Of a DNA stretch of 64,000 bases, positions 1 to 15,800 are shown one piece after another. A program made the translations under genes and the position numbers. The notes below the pieces were generated by a model, which saw nothing but the letters and a program-made list of their open reading frames with translations, did no database searches and was not told the DNA's origin. Positions within the stretch are counted from its first letter, which is position 1, and each line of letters begins with the position of its first letter. Source of the stretch: Lytechinus pictus (Eukaryota); NCBI RefSeq assembly GCF_037042905.1, contig NC_087251.1, positions 15,006,001-15,070,000 of the forward strand, read 5' to 3'.

Positions 1-128
1 GAAAATGAATCATCACATGGTATTGGGTCCAAGGAATCTTTGCCTCCTATTGCGGTCCTTGCAATAACTTTGTTTAAATTCTTCTTTAACATTTTTGTAT
101 TAAACTGAACATGATTACGGAAGGACCG

Positions 129-331
129 CAATAATAATAATAATAATTGGCATTTATATAGCGCTTCATCAATCTACGACTGTTCAAAGCGCTTCAAAAT
201 TATTATTACCCGGTCACTGGAATCATAGCATTCCAAGCAGCCTGTTAGGCGCAAACTTGCTAAACCAACCACAATGACGGTTGTTTCCTACCGGTACCCA
301 ATTAGCACCTGGGTGAGAGTGGCAAAGTGTG
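129..331 (-). mobile_element. SINE 3' fragment with (ATT)n tail
   Basis: The reverse strand ends ...AAGCGCTATATAAATGCCAATTATTATTATT and shares a core (GGTACCCATT...CACCTGGGT) with the SINE at 33062-33334. It is flanked by a ~60-bp direct repeat (61-118 vs 332-393). Confidence 0.6.
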
Positions 332-648
332 GCAATAACTTTGTTTAGTTTTAAATACTTCTTTAACTTTTTTTTATTAAACTGAACATGATTTCGAAAG
401 TTACACTGCACATTTATATTGAAAATATACCTAAAGGAAAACGACCCAAACACTTTAAACATTTAAAAGTAAAGTTCTTCATGCAGTGTTCCAGTCGTAA
501 GTGATAAAAGTAAATAAAAATACTGTGTACATGAAATTAACATTTCTGCATTCAAACAACAAATTAACTACTGGCAACTAGATGTATTACAATTCTATTA
601 TTCTTGCATTTGTCAGTGAACAACAAAAATCAATAATATAATGCTTAC

Positions 649-805
649 ACTCTCCAGGAAAGATGTAGGTATCAATGATTGTCTGAGCAGCATTGAAGAA
701 ATCACCGAACTGAGCCTCCCATATAACCATCAGATTAGGAGTCTCTATGCTCATCCCATACTCGAAACCTAACACAGCTTCTTCTGACAGTGGACTGTTT
801 GCAAC
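649..805 (-). CDS. DHTKD1: DHTKD1 exon 16
   Basis: [56 protein letters not shown]. Confidence 0.95.
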
Positions 806-3800
806 CTAGCCGTAAGTATGAAGGGGGGGGGGGAAAGGGGTTTTAGTTATAGTGGAAACTTTTAACCCAAAGAGGGATACAGCATTTATCAGGTCAGATT
901 TACTCTCTTTATGCTCATAAAATCAGCAATAATCATTATTTTATATTCATTTTTGTAATGAAAAAATAATGGATTTAAAACAAGTTTAATTATTGAAGAA
1001 CAATTGGAACAAAAACTTGCATTTTGCAGTGATTCTGTCATTTCATTGTATTGTCAATTCAGAGGGTGTTATGATCAGCTTATGTTAATTGGCTTTTCAT
1101 CAGGAATGGCACCACATAATGCACATATAATAATTTCATATTTTCAATATATTTTTCTGTTTCTAATCATAATCTATGTTAGGTTACTAGCATTCAAGAT
1201 AAGTAGATTATTAAAATTTACTTTGGTTTCTCCTTTTATTTCTAAAGCTTATTCCTGCAATATAATCCGAGTATCAATATCATATCATTACCTCAAAGAA
1301 ACCTCTTTGTGATTGATCGATGTGGTTGAGTGGTATGTGGATACTGTCATTATCTTGATCAACCAGCATGGCATGACGATGACTGAAGGTACCCCGCCCT
1401 ACATCCTGACCACTTAGTCTCACATTGAATCCTGATTGGGGGGAGGAGGAAGGTAAATATTAGTGAACAAAAACAGTTCAACCAGAATCTCATGATCTTT
1501 TATCAGGGATAGCACTTACAATTTATATAAAAGCCTGGGAATAAACTTTTTTTTAAACAAAGTATATATTATCAATGGCCTAAAATAATCTGAATCACAC
1601 TTGCTTTCCTAGACTAATCTAGCCCAGATCGATAAAGGAAGTGATCCAAATGATCACCTGGGAAAATCTCAAGGACTAAACTTGTGTTATGGATGTGTTA
1701 TGGTTTTTTTGTATTTTTTACCAATCACATAGAGCCAAATCGTTACGTGGTCTTTTATATCTGGACCAAGACAGAAAACCAAACATTGCAAGCTTCAAAG
1801 ACTAGTCCATGAATGACTACAAAATAGAATTCATATTAGGATGCAATCTTTGTTAGGATGTAACTGTGTCCTTTGCAGAAACGTCTATGTATTGAAAAGC
1901 CAGACAGATGTCTACCATTTGCGTTGTGTGAAACATTGACCCCAATGTTCAACACATAAAGGTGCTGCAGATGGTGTAACTACAAACCTTATCCTACACT
2001 TTTGAATATTGCTTCTTCCCTTATGATATAATAACAAAGAGGGTACCATTCTGAAGGGAATTCAAGTTAAATCATTGCTTAATACTGTGGGATTGGAAAG
2101 ATTATCTGACATATTCCGATTTCCATTTTTTTTTTTGGGGGGGGAGTAAATAGCTTTATTCCTACTAGAATAAAACAATACCTTGAACTAGCAATGACCC
2201 AAAAGCCAAACTCTCTGCAGTAGCCCAATCTATAGCAGATCCGTCCTGTACTTTCTTCAATCTTGCATCTACAAAGGTCTTCTTTAGATGCGGGTGTATA
2301 CCCTGTAAAAACAAAAGGTTTAGTGAAAGTTTGGTTGAAAATATTTCTCATACAATTTGGATTTGACAAAACTTACTTCTGCTGCCCTCCTTATCAGTCA
2401 TTTTTATAAAATAATATTGTTATTTCTTTTTATTGGTCACTGAGATAATAAACATATTTTTATATAATCCTTACACCTCTTTTGTAATACTTCCTCAACG
2501 GTATTGTAGTTCTATAAATAGATATAATAAAGTAATAATACTCACAAAATCATTAGGAATTTCTACAGACTTTCCCCCAATGAATTTCAGTAAATCTGTT
2601 TCAACACCTGCAAAACGATATAAGAAAGCAAAAATAAGCACATTAGTTGCATAGTACATGTACACACATACAAGCATATAAATCAAATGCAAGGTTAATT
2701 AAAAATTAATTAAATAGTGTGTACTGGTGGTTTGGTGATGTACTGCTTTGACTATCCCTATTTTAGACCACAATGTCTGTTCTCTAGATAATAAGTTCCC
2801 CGCACAGAAGTCATTTTCAAGAAACACATATATCTATTCGCCTGCAGAAATGCAAAGGCAGTGGCAGAACCCCCTGGTCAAGCACCTGCTCATGCAAGCC
2901 TTGAAAACTTTTCACACTCCAGTTGAAATATAATTTGAGAGCAATATCCGATAGGTTAAATGATTCTATCATCGCAATTTTCAGAGCAAGGGCTTGTTTA
3001 ATAAAGAACTTACAATTAAGGTAACTCTGCAAATTAAATAAATTACCATGGAAACCTTGAACCCTGTCATCAGGGTAGTTTAGCTAAGCCTTATGGGAAA
3101 AGATAATCATGATTTCTTTAAGAGACAGTCCCAGATTACCGAAAACTTATGCAATTTACTTAGTTCTAGTCAAATTGAATACAACAGACATGAGATTCAT
3201 TCTGGGGGCCTCTCATATACACACCTACATGTAGGGGAACTGTTACACCCAGCCACGTGCACAGAGAAAACCTGTAGCCAAATTGAAGCTTGCTATACCT
3301 AGCCTAGCAGATTCTCTAGTATTAAATCAACAATGATTGATTACTTGAGCTCCCTCGCACATGCACAAATAGATGAAATGCATAGAAGATCTATCTGCCT
3401 TGGCATATACAATTTTCTTCACGTAAATCATTAATATATTCCCATAATGATAACTCTATTCCTTCTCCCAGTGTTCTACTTCAACCAATCTCACCTGTAT
3501 CCCATAATGCAATGTGTAATGGAGGAGGATCACATGATGACCATTGACCCTGACGTATGGATTCATAGGCATGGGCGGGGGAGGAGTCTGCTTCTTTCAG
3601 ACATCGATTCCATTCCTGCATCTTCTCTGACACATTTGTGTTAATCTCCTCCTTATTGATGGATCCCTCTTCCTAGAAATGATAAAAATAAAAAAATAGA
3701 TTTCACTTTTCCTTATGTTCAAAGAAAATGTCATTCATCATCATCAAAACTGCCAACCATTGAAAGAGAAAATTAGTAATCTATATCCCCAAAATTATAT

Positions 3801-6800
3801 TTTTCCCATCAAATCTTTTTTCTGAACTACCCCTTTTCTTTTTTTTTTTACCTGTTCACTTTATTCTAATGTCATCTGCTGCCGAAACTACCTTAAGTAG
3901 AGCACATAAACACAAATATCAAGAACTCCATCTTTAACTCACGTATTGAAGTGCACACGCGAGCGCACATGTTAGTGCTTATTTGTTTACATACAACATT
4001 AGTACTTGTATTCCTAAGTTGCTCTTTCCCCTATTTTTCTGATCCTCCCTTTGGCCCCGAATTTGTGCTTTTTGGATGCCTTTGATTCATTTGTATTCCT
4101 GTCATATTTGTCCTAAAAATACTATTTTCTTTCATAATAGCAGCTCTGCATCATCATGCATCTTTATAATCCTCCTAATAATATCATCATCATCATCATC
4201 ATTGCTGTTATTATCATACCAATATGGTAATATATTACAGGTCATAATGCAGTACATCAGTGTGGTAAAATTAGGTCACATGTTGGAAAAGTGACAAGAA
4301 AAAAAAATGTAATCATGAAATGCTAAAAAGGGTGTGCATTGAAAGGCGATTCTTCATAGATATAAATCATGCTTCTGTTATGTAATAGTAGCTGTCTATT
4401 TCCCATTTGGTGTACATTGCACTGCATTTCCAAGTTGACCTTACCTCCTAGGTCAAATTGCACAGTACACTACACAGAGGCTAGGCTTGCAATGAAAAAA
4501 AAATTGAAGATATAAATGTTCTGGCCCACAGTAACAACAATCTGTAAAATTTGCATTTTAATTTGTGATTGTAGCTCAAGAGTGCACGGACCAACCATTT
4601 TGATCAACTTCTACTTACGGCAGCTTTCTGGATGTATGCATCTGGTATGCTGAGCCTTGATCGGATGTTATCATACATGATGGGCTGGGTGAAGGAGGGG
4701 TCGTCAAGCTCGTTATGACCCCAGCGACGGAAACACAGAAAGTCAACCACCACATCTTTCCTGAATTTGTGTCTGTAGCTCACTGCAAGCCTGCAAGCTG
4801 ATAGAACAGCCTGGAATATTGACAATAAAGCATACCCCAGGGATGCAATTATATTACAAAATTATATAGTTGCATTCAAGCGCGGAAACTCATCACACAA
4901 TTAAGACAAAATGGCATATAGACTACCAAAATCCCAACAGAGATGTACATGTATACTTTCAATCATGAAAGTAGAACAATATTGTGAACTAAAATTTAAT
5001 TCAAAATGCTGGTCAAATATGTGGTTTAAAAACAATATGCATCCAATATCACAAAGTTGTTATTTCATTGATTCAATGATATTTTGTCACACAAAAATTT
5101 GTGCTATAAACCAAAATTAACCTTCTTTAGATAGCAACAAAATTTGCATATTGTTAGTTGTTCCTTGGTCAATAAGAATATTAGTCTGTTTTTAGATACC
5201 TCAGGGTCCATGCCATTCACATGGATAACAGGATTTCCATTCATTTTGGCAATGTCACTACAGTATGGAGAAGAGCGCCCTCTCTCTGATGGTGTGGTGA
5301 AGCCAATTTGGTTGTTGACGACTAGATGTATGGATCCACCGACGGCATAGTGAGGAAGGTTGGCCATCGCAAAACATTCAGCAATCACTCCCTGTGGTGT
5401 AATAGAAAGGTAAATAAACATTCTACAAGAATGCTATTTTTCCTTAAATACTTAAAAGAGACTCTTCTCATTTTGAGGGAGGTTTATTTTTCTGGTGGAG
5501 AAATTAAAGAATTGAAACAATTGTTTAGAAAATTTAAAGGAGAAATATATTGATTATGAATATAGCCTTATTATATATCAGTGGAAAGGTAATGATGTGG
5601 AGATTATCATTTGGTCATTCAAAAATAACAAAAGTAATACATAAGGTGGAAATCGCCAATTAAAAAACGCTAAAATGCCTTTCCGAAATAGGCCTCTCAT
5701 CGGTCTCTGAATTGACTCGAATTTGATGACGTGTATGAGTGTTCGAGAGACGTGATTGGCTCTCCCATGTCAAGCTCCACTTGCATGCAAAACCTGTTGC
5801 AAGGCCGAGGGTACGTTTTCTCCACACTGTCACTGAATACTCCGATCATGAAATGAAAGAAAACCCAGAAGTTTATCTAGATTTTGGATTTTCAAATTGA
5901 CGATTTTGAAGATGAAGAGAATGATGAAGTTTCTAGCTCTAGTCAGTGATGTGGATGGAGGTAAATTAGAGGAATTACGACTATGATGATGAGTCGGACA
6001 ATAAAACTTGCATGCCGATTCGCTACCAACTCATGCAGCTGCTATAGTGCTAGCTGCACGTACCGCGGGCCAAAATAAATCCATGAAAATGAATTCCAGC
6101 CTGACCATCCAGACAGAGTCTCTTCCCTCCGTCAATAAAATTTACTCTAAAGAAGGAAAATAAGGATATAACTGTACTTACAAACAAGTGAATATATACG
6201 AACCTGAAGGCAAATCAACTCAACGAATAGCAGCAGACGATATGCAGCGACAATAAACTTTCCGTGGCTGGGATAAATTGTCACTCGTTCTGTTAGATAC
6301 AATTTCTATCTCATTATTTTGACAAAATTACGAAACTCGGGGAATTATTTATCTTTATAAGAATATAGTAACACCTCATATTATTTATAAATTATGATAA
6401 AACCTTTTTTTTTAAGCAAAAAGTTGAGGTAAATTAAAATTAGATGTAAAAGATCATCCCCAACATGCGTAGCCCGTATGTGATTGTAAACAAACCATCA
6501 CAAACACACATTGCTTGCTCGCCTTGGCTGAGAGAGTAGATGCACGTGTTGCACAGCTCTTAATCGGCATTTTGGATGGTTTGTTTACAATCACATACGA
6601 GCTACGCATGTTGGGGATGATCTTTTACATCTAATTTTAATTTACCCCAACTTTTTGCTTCAAAAAAAGGTTTTATCGTAATTTAAAAATAATACGAGGT
6701 GTTACTATATTTTTATATAGATAAATAATTCCCCGAGTTTCGTAATTTTGTCAAAATAATGACGTAGAAATTATATCTTACAGAACGAGTGACAATTTAT

Positions 6801-9800
6801 CCCAGCCACGTGAAGTTTATCGTCGGTGCATATCGTCTGCTGCTATTCGTTGAGTTGATTTGCCTTCAGGTTCGGACATATTCACTTGTTTGTAAGTACA
6901 GTTATATCATTATTTTCCTTCTTTAGAGTACTATTTTATTGACAGAGGGGAGAGACTCTGTCTGGATGGTCAGGCTGGAATTCATTTTCATGGATTTATT
7001 TTGGCCTGCGGTACGTGCAGCTAGCACTAGCAGCTGCATATGATCAGTTGGTAGCGAATCGGCATGCAAGTTGAATTGTCCGACTCATCATCATAGGCGT
7101 AATTCCCCTAATTTACCACCATCCACGTCACTAGAGCTAGAAACTTCATCATCATTCTCTTCATCTTCAAAATCATCAATTTGAAAATCCAAAATCTAGA
7201 TAAACTTCTGGGTTTTCTTTCATTTCGTGATCAAAGTATTCAGTGACAGTGTGGAGAAAACGTACCATCGCAACAGGTTTTGCATGCAAGTGGAGCTTGA
7301 CGTGGGAGAGCCAATCACGTCTCTCGTACACTCATACACGCCATCAAAAAACCCCAATTTCGCGGACGTAATTGTGCCTGTTTGAAGCATTCAGAGAGAG
7401 AACTTTAAACTATCAATTAAGTGAGTTTCATCGGTCTCCATGATAAATGATGTACACCATCGTGTTCTTCTGATTTTCCCCTTTAATTTGATATATAATT
7501 CTTAATTTTTATGATTTTCAATATATTTCTACTTTAATAACAAAATTACTTTTCACTGTTTTTACATTGATAATATTAATTATGCTTTATGGATGAATTA
7601 TCAAATCAATGAAATCTGTCCACAAGGAACTATATGCACATCAACGAACGTAGAGGGCAGCAACACTTTGCAGTATTGCTTTTAGGAAGGTCCACTCCGC
7701 TCAGATTTTGTGACCATTTTCTCCCAGAGCACTTTTTTGGAAGATTGTAGAGTTGATTTTTTTTTTTTGTTCAATTTTACTATTTATTATTGATAATAAG
7801 ACCTCCAAGAAAATATGTTAAATAATATTATTTTAGCATATTTGTATTTTTTAAAAATTTTAAAACAAAAGGTAATCATGATTTTTGTAGTTTACATGGC
7901 AATAAAAATACATAGACTGATGACATTTGTGTTACCGTTCTTCTGCTTAATTTCGCTGCCCCTACCAACTCTACACAAGCTAACACCAGAGCCAAGACCG
8001 TGATGTTCTGGTCTGGCCGCGCCGAAACTTCCCCGGTCACCTGTACCTCGGTGCGCGTACTGCGCTGCGTGAATGATAATGCTGACTGCACTGCACTGGC
8101 ATGATAATCTCGACGCGACTCGACTTAGCTAGATATGGACTTGAAAGATATAGACTTGGTCTGTCATTGATGTGGCACTATGGCGGATGAGCAACGATAA
8201 ATATTCAAGGTTAGAATTTTAATTTTCACTTAGAGTGTAGAATGTAGTCTGAAAATCTAAAATAATTATGCTATATCCACAAATCCAACCCACATTTTGC
8301 AATCCATCAGGCAAGATCGAATACGACCACTAAACAGCAAAGCCAAGTCCCAGACCCAGTCTAACGTTAGACATAATATTAGACAGCAATTATCTGGTTC
8401 ATTATCGAGCTATGTATATTCCGACGGGTCTTGACTTGAGACAAACTATCAAGGGGCGAAGGTCTATGTCACATCTACTTTTTTCATTTCATAATTTTAC
8501 AAAAATTTGTGTTAGCATATGCATGCAGCCCACCGTACCCTACCTCAGCACCGACCGGCCCGGGGCGCCGACGCGGTCATGCCAGCCATGGCGCTTGTAT
8601 AAGAGGCGGTGCTGGATTGTGTAGGCGCATTATGGTGCAGCGAAATTTAGATGAAGACGTATCAACCTCACGTATACTTGTTATCATATTGATATGCAAA
8701 GTCATAAAACTGTTGTCACCACCATGTAATATTTTATGAAAAATACAGGAACAAGTAGTTCATATTTTTAAGCATGATATTTAATGTAAAAACATTTCAA
8801 GCAAAAATAATGATAAAGAGGAAATGAAAATAAATCAACTCTACAATCTACTAAAAAAGTGCTCTGAGAGGTTTTCGGTGGTCACAAAATGACTTGGCTA
8901 AATCCGGGTGAAATTAGCAGACTGGTTTATTTATGACAGAATTTAATCCTGTTTTACTGAAGATGTACAAACAAATTGTGACAATAATTTAGTGATATAT
9001 TATTTTAAGAATTTGGTACATTATTATTTAATTTTTTATATATTTTTTGTTTTCATTGTTTTAATCTACTATTGTCATAATCTATTAGTTTACCTATATT
9101 TTGCTGTCACTCCGTGAGTGTATTGTATCGGATCATGGTTTCGTTGGCATGACTACCAAATTGCTCGCGCACTTCATTTGTATGCGCGTATCGAGTGGAC
9201 CTTCCTAATAGCAACACGCTTGTGTGTTGCTGCCCTCTACGTTCGTTGATGCACATTGTCTATTCTCTGGAAGGTATTCCAGCTTTAATAAAAAACATAT
9301 TTTATGGTTCCAAAAAGGTAATGCATTCTTCATTGATGTTTGTAATCCATGAGGTAACTCATATATATCATCATCTTTAGAACTCCAGAAAGGGTTCAAT
9401 CCAGTACCTAATTATTCACAGTCCAGAGACCTATCCACTACACTCTGACACATACAGTACGACAAAGAAATAAGTGGTTAGGGCCAAATGGTAATGTGAA
9501 GGTATCAATCAATTTTGAAAGCACCCAATTTTTAGTTTCTCATAGAATCAGGTATGATGGTAATTTTTATTTATGTGTCATGGGCAATTTGTTTACCCAC
9601 TCTTTTCACAGTTCACACATAGTCTTTTTAAACCTCATTGGTGTGTTCACACCAATATGCTGTGCACAAGTCAACCAATTTTCATTTCATTACAACAAAC
9701 CACCACATACCTGGGCAACAAAAGCTGCATCACCATGAAGAAGAACGTTCATGACTTTATCGCCATGACAACAATCAGATGAGGGATCAGCAGCATAGTC

Positions 9801-12800
9801 ACCTTCTTGTTTTCTCATCTGGCGCCCTCTAGCTTTACCAATGCCAACAGGTATGTTAGCCTAGAAGAAAACATATGCATGTATCATATTAATTGGTGAA
9901 ATCATATTGTAAAGTTGATTACCAATATAGAGTGCCTCTATCTACTTTATTTAAATGAATTCATTTGGACTTGCTTTTATGTTTAAGATAACTTCTTGTT
10001 AAATCAAATGAATTATGAAATAAAGTATTAATTTTACATACCATAATAGCAGGGCCCACTGGGAGAATAGTTTTCGGAACTGAAGTGTCTACCCTGGGTA
10101 TATATACCGTTATTATTATCATTATTACCATGACCACATAGAATCTTGTTACATTATAAAACCAATTATTTCACAAAAACACGAGGGAAATCCATCAAAT
10201 AAGCTTGAATATGAAAAGGTTTTTTGGGCATAAGAAGAAACTCCATCAATATTCTTAGACATAATTGCTAAATAGAAAGTAGTGAATAAACTCAAATGAA
10301 ATTAGATTGAAGTAAATGGGCTAACAACATAACATTTGTATGATGTACAGCAATATTGATTGCATTTTGTAGAACTTTTTTTTTTTTTAAGTTTGATTTA
10401 AATTAGCAGAGATGGTTAATATGCATAAGTTTATTCCATTTTAAGCAGTGTTCAGTAATAATGCATCTTCTAAAAAAAAAGATTATTAACAAACATGAAT
10501 AATGTATGAATGCTAAATGTCAACTGAATTCAAAATTGCAGATAATAAATCCTCTACGAATCATGAAACAGAAATCCTAAAATTATGATAAGATACTCTT
10601 TTGAACATTTTGAACAAATCTAGCAGTTAAACAGTTATGCCCATATTCTGAACTCGGGTTTAATTCACACTCTGTGGTCAAAAGTTTTGGTTAAACTACG
10701 GATAGCACTCAAATCATTCGTAACTGACTATGAATAAATACTGAAATAATTCTCTTCATCATTAAAACATAAAAATGTACATGTAAGTTTGAATTTTTTA
10801 GCTTCCCATGAGTTTGACACAGAATTAGACCATGGTGTATTAAAGCAAAACCAGACTTCAGGATACAGGCCTTCGCAATTACACATTAACAAAGCACACA
10901 ACTACCACCTATTTTTATTAACAACTTGTCAGACTACAAATGTTAATGAAACACTCTTCGAGGTGAACCTCACTTAGATTACAGAAAAGCACACATCACA
11001 GCAAAGCAACAAAATACAAACTGGATACGAATATTTTCTCTTGTTTGTTCACAGAGACGAGAAATAGGGCCACAGGCAAAATATCTTTTCCCATCGCATC
11101 TTTACCTCAAGATGTGAAGGATTAGGAATGAGAGAGAGATGCAATTCTTTTCCGTCCACATCCAGATCCACGGACGTCCCTGTGTAAACACACAGGAATA
11201 CAGTAGTACAACACAGAAACATTGGAGTGGCCCTAGACCATAACAGAAAAAGGGCTCCCGGTATTCGAAAGGCAATTACAGCTTATCCAAATAAGGTAGT
11301 TTTTCTTCTTTGTTCCAATGTTTGATAGATGAGTGTGAAAGTTATGAAATGTTATTTGTATAGATATATAGTGATTTTATAGCATTCTTAATACCAGGAA
11401 ATTTTAATTGAAACAAAAATGTTCTCTTTTTTTCAAACATAGCTGAAAAATTTTAAGCACAATAATTAATCATCATATCTATGGAAGTTTTTCCACTTTG
11501 ACACATTAACATAAGCAACCGCTTAACCCCTTATGACAAAACATAATGTTTATGAAAACTTAAAACAGAGATGAAACTAATCGACTAATCTGATATTTTT
11601 TTGTCATTTTTTATTTAATACACAGGTCATCCCATTATTTTGGGCACTTTTTCTACTTATGATTAAGGCACAGCCATTGTTTAATCAATATTGACTTGAT
11701 GAAACATTATTATTCATCCATTTGTATTTGCCTTACTGTTTAATTGATTTATTTATGTTTCTCATATTCATGCACTTATTTTGTTAATTTACGCACTTAT
11801 TTTATTAATAAAGTTCTTAGTCCTTATATATTATAGCATACTCTACTTTTGTCATTTTTACCTCATAAATTTATTAATTTCTGCTTGAAGTAGCAGATTT
11901 GGTGTTGTAAACCCTGTAGTTTGCAAAAGACAATTCGTTGAATACATGATTCCTATTAATGCACCATCCTTCAACAAGAGCCAGTAAAACTGTAGGATGA
12001 TTTTGTAATAAATGCATATGAGCCAAAATGAAAAAGAATAATTAACCAAATTAACTTACAGAGATGTGTCGGTATGTCCCCCACACAGTGCAGATGTGGG
12101 GCATACTCTGGGTTGCCCCTGAGTTTCTTCAACATCACCAATGGTGAGAAACCAAGGGGTCCCATTAAAAGATTCAAGCGCCCTCTATGTGGCATGGCAA
12201 GAACAATGTCTTCAACTCCATCTATTTTGAAAGGGGAAAAGTAAAATAAAAATGTGTTAATATGAAAAGCCAAAAGAGTGAATATATTCATTATACTAGT
12301 TAGCTGGTATGATATGCAATTCGTATGGTTTCTTGTTGCTTGTTTTGCTTTCAAACAATAACTTTGAACAGTTTTAATGTAAGACAGTACAAATCAGCAT
12401 TACATTAGTAATTACATATATATGATCATAACTGGTGTAATCATCATCATTACCATAATGCGGTGTAAAAGTAAGCACAGCTGGGGTGTAATTTTCACAG
12501 TTATCAGTGGTAGATCTACAGTGGGAAGGGGCAGATAAAGAGGCTAAAACGTCAAAATGAGGCTGCAGGTAATTGACCCTTGATTTCATCAATGATAATC
12601 AATTAAAAGAAATGGATACCTGAAACAGCTTGAGTAAAAAGTTGATGGAAAAATGCCATCATGCTCTCAGCTCCTTCCCCGCCGTAACGCTTTACAGTCG
12701 CAAACTTGGTGGTCATGAATTGGTCAAAAGCCTGGATAAATAACACAAAACAAAATAAAATACAATTCTTTCTATGTCATAACAGGTGAAAATAACATTT

Positions 12801-15800
12801 TCTGTATTGCAGGGGGGGGGGCTACTTTTCCCAATTCTGTCCATGGCGAATAACATTTTGCATTAAAGAAATAGTAAGTTACAGGGGATTAACCAACTGT
12901 AATCTAAAAGGGATGTTTTTTTTCTTTAATTATGGCCAAATTCCAACTGTCCCCTTTTTATCTTTATTGGATACTCAAAACTACACTTGTGGAATATACA
13001 GAAAAGGATGTTTCACTAAAGTACCTAATGATTTAAGCTTCCATATAACTATATAAAACCAGTGCTGTCATTGTCTATGTAAGAAAAACAGTAAATAAAA
13101 AAAAATAGTAATAATTTACTTAACAAAGCATCTACAGATACCGGGAATAAAAAAATCAATGTGAATTAATTTTTTCTAGTATCCATTCCCAATGATACTC
13201 AAGCTTACAAGCTACATACACCCGAGGATCATTCCAGAAAGGACTTAAAATAAACTTTGCTATCATGTAGAGGAGAATCACCACCTTTGCACGTTAAGAA
13301 CCCACAGCACTATTCAAATAAGAGTAGGGGGAAACCCTGGTGTAGTGGTCCACCTGCATTTCCCAAACCAGTTATCGGGAGGAGAGACCTACGGGTCACA
13401 GTTCTGTGTGCGCGCCCTTGTAGGCGACCCAGATTGGCTGGCTCCTCTAATGCACCTTTGAATATCTTTGACAGATATATGGCACTATACAAATGCTGTG
13501 CATCATCATCATCACCCTGTTTGGCATTCAACATTCAAGAAGACATAGCATTGTCGATCTGGTGCTGCACAGTGGCTGCGGGACCTATGATCGATTGGGC
13601 AAAATGAATTTTTGGAGTACTTCTATTTAAGATTTCTATTTCGAACAATAAAATATGGATTTTCATTTTGTTAATTTTTTCATGATTGAAAAACACATGT
13701 ATGAAACAAGACTAACCTGAGCATCTGCCATCAATTGTGCAATCCTCTGCCGAGTGGCATTAGATACAAACCAATGAGGGCTCTCTTCAGCTTCATTGGA
13801 AAACCATTCTCTCTCTTCACTTGTCTGAAAGTATCACATAAAAAAAAATAGTTACTTCACCAAAGTTTTACAATGAAAGCGAAGACACAGATAATTTTCA
13901 TGTTTATTACTCCTATGAACTCATTTGAAAGTGTCTGCTCTTCAACGGAATGTGGATATCACCATCACTTGCGATGAAATCACTGAGAGTACTGAGGAAT
14001 GTGTCTTACACAGTGGTTTTCTTTCATTTTTTTACTATCATTAGCTACTGAATATTTGCATCTGGCTGACTTAGAGCAAAGTAAAAATCACTGACTTGGC
14101 CCTTAATACAAAACATGTACTTCCTTCAGGTTCTAAAGGTGACTCTGCCGATAACTGTTATCTCTTTGGACCATAGAAATCTGTTTGCCTTGAGGGGGAA
14201 TTCCCTTAGAAGATGTAAATATCACACATTTGACATATATCTAATAGTTTTAATAATTGCTGCAACCACTAACATGACTTATGCAATAGTCAGACTCAGT
14301 GTTTACAAGATAGAAACATGTTATTTTAAACCTGTTGGAGACCTGAGCCCTCATGAACACAGGTTGTGCATAATCACATCACTTGTATAATGAAGAGATG
14401 ATATCAGATATCAAAATCAAACATACATTCCATGTCCATTCATGTCTAATTCAAATCATGAACATAACTTCTTTACCTATCAAAAGCATGTAACTGCCTG
14501 ATAATTCTTATTTCACCTACCAGTAAGTGAGCAAATTCAACAGCAATATTGCCACAGTAAGCCTTCTGTAGATGCTCAATAACCTCTTGAATTGTTCCTT
14601 CCTTTTTTCCAATGTTTACAATACCTACACGTAAAAACAAAAACATGAGAAGGGAAAAACCAAGTTAATACATATAAAAACAGATTTCCTAATCAAGCCA
14701 AAAGTAACACATGCACACCAAAAATATTTTAATAATACATCATGGTAATTGCTGTCGTAGATTTTTCAATTTTAATTTTTTAACATCTACTCTTTCATGA
14801 CAAGAAGCAAAACAGTTGTAAAGAATACATGTTTGTTCAAAATATTTTCCAAATGATTCTGATAGAAAATGTGTCATTGCTGAGAAGTTGACATAACAAG
14901 CATGATCAATCCAAATGTCTGCACCCTGTCTTTAGAGTTACGATTGATCTGATCAATCACAACTATGGACGGCCAGCAAGGTCAACATCTAAAATACGTG
15001 TTTGTTTAAAGTATTTTCCAACTATGATGTATATATTTAGTACTACGTATATTCATGCATTCATTATTTTCTTGAAAATTCACTGTGCTTCTCTTTGTTT
15101 ACAAAGGACATTGTGCAAATTTCCTGTAGAAAAAAATATGACACTGATGGATATCCATAGAGTTATGATTGATTGGATCAATCGTAAGTCTTTGTACGAT
15201 GGGGCCCTGGTCTTTTTTACATGTGCCTGTGTTGGTGATCTCCAGTGTGGTCAATTTTCAGTTTAGATTTCATGATTTCACAAAGTTAGGTTTCTGATCT
15301 ACTATGATATGATGGCAGCTGACCTTGGTTTTACAGACTTTTCCATGAATTCAGAGTTTGCTGCAATTACTTTCCTTTTAATAAAAATTACCTTTAATAA
15401 AAATTGATGCTATTAATGTGTAAAAAAATGAAATTCACCTGTCAAGTTGTACAGTTCACTGTTATCAGATGAGAGTCCATACAGCTGAGGATCTAACTCA
15501 GGCACAGATCTAGAATTCACAAACATGATAATCGAAATAAAAATTAACTTCTATATCACGGTGCTGCAATGCAATGTTATACTCATAATGATCATTAATA
15601 ACTTTACTATCATATCGAACATTACTGGGTATTCATTTGACACCAGTTATAAAGACCACAATAAGGTGATATGTACCCATTTAATAATTATAATACAATG
15701 TCAAGTAGTATTCACAATCAAATATTAACAATACAGACCAAATACCAAATACAGATGTGGAGAGGATGGAAATGAAATATTGGCTGGGGACGACACTTTG

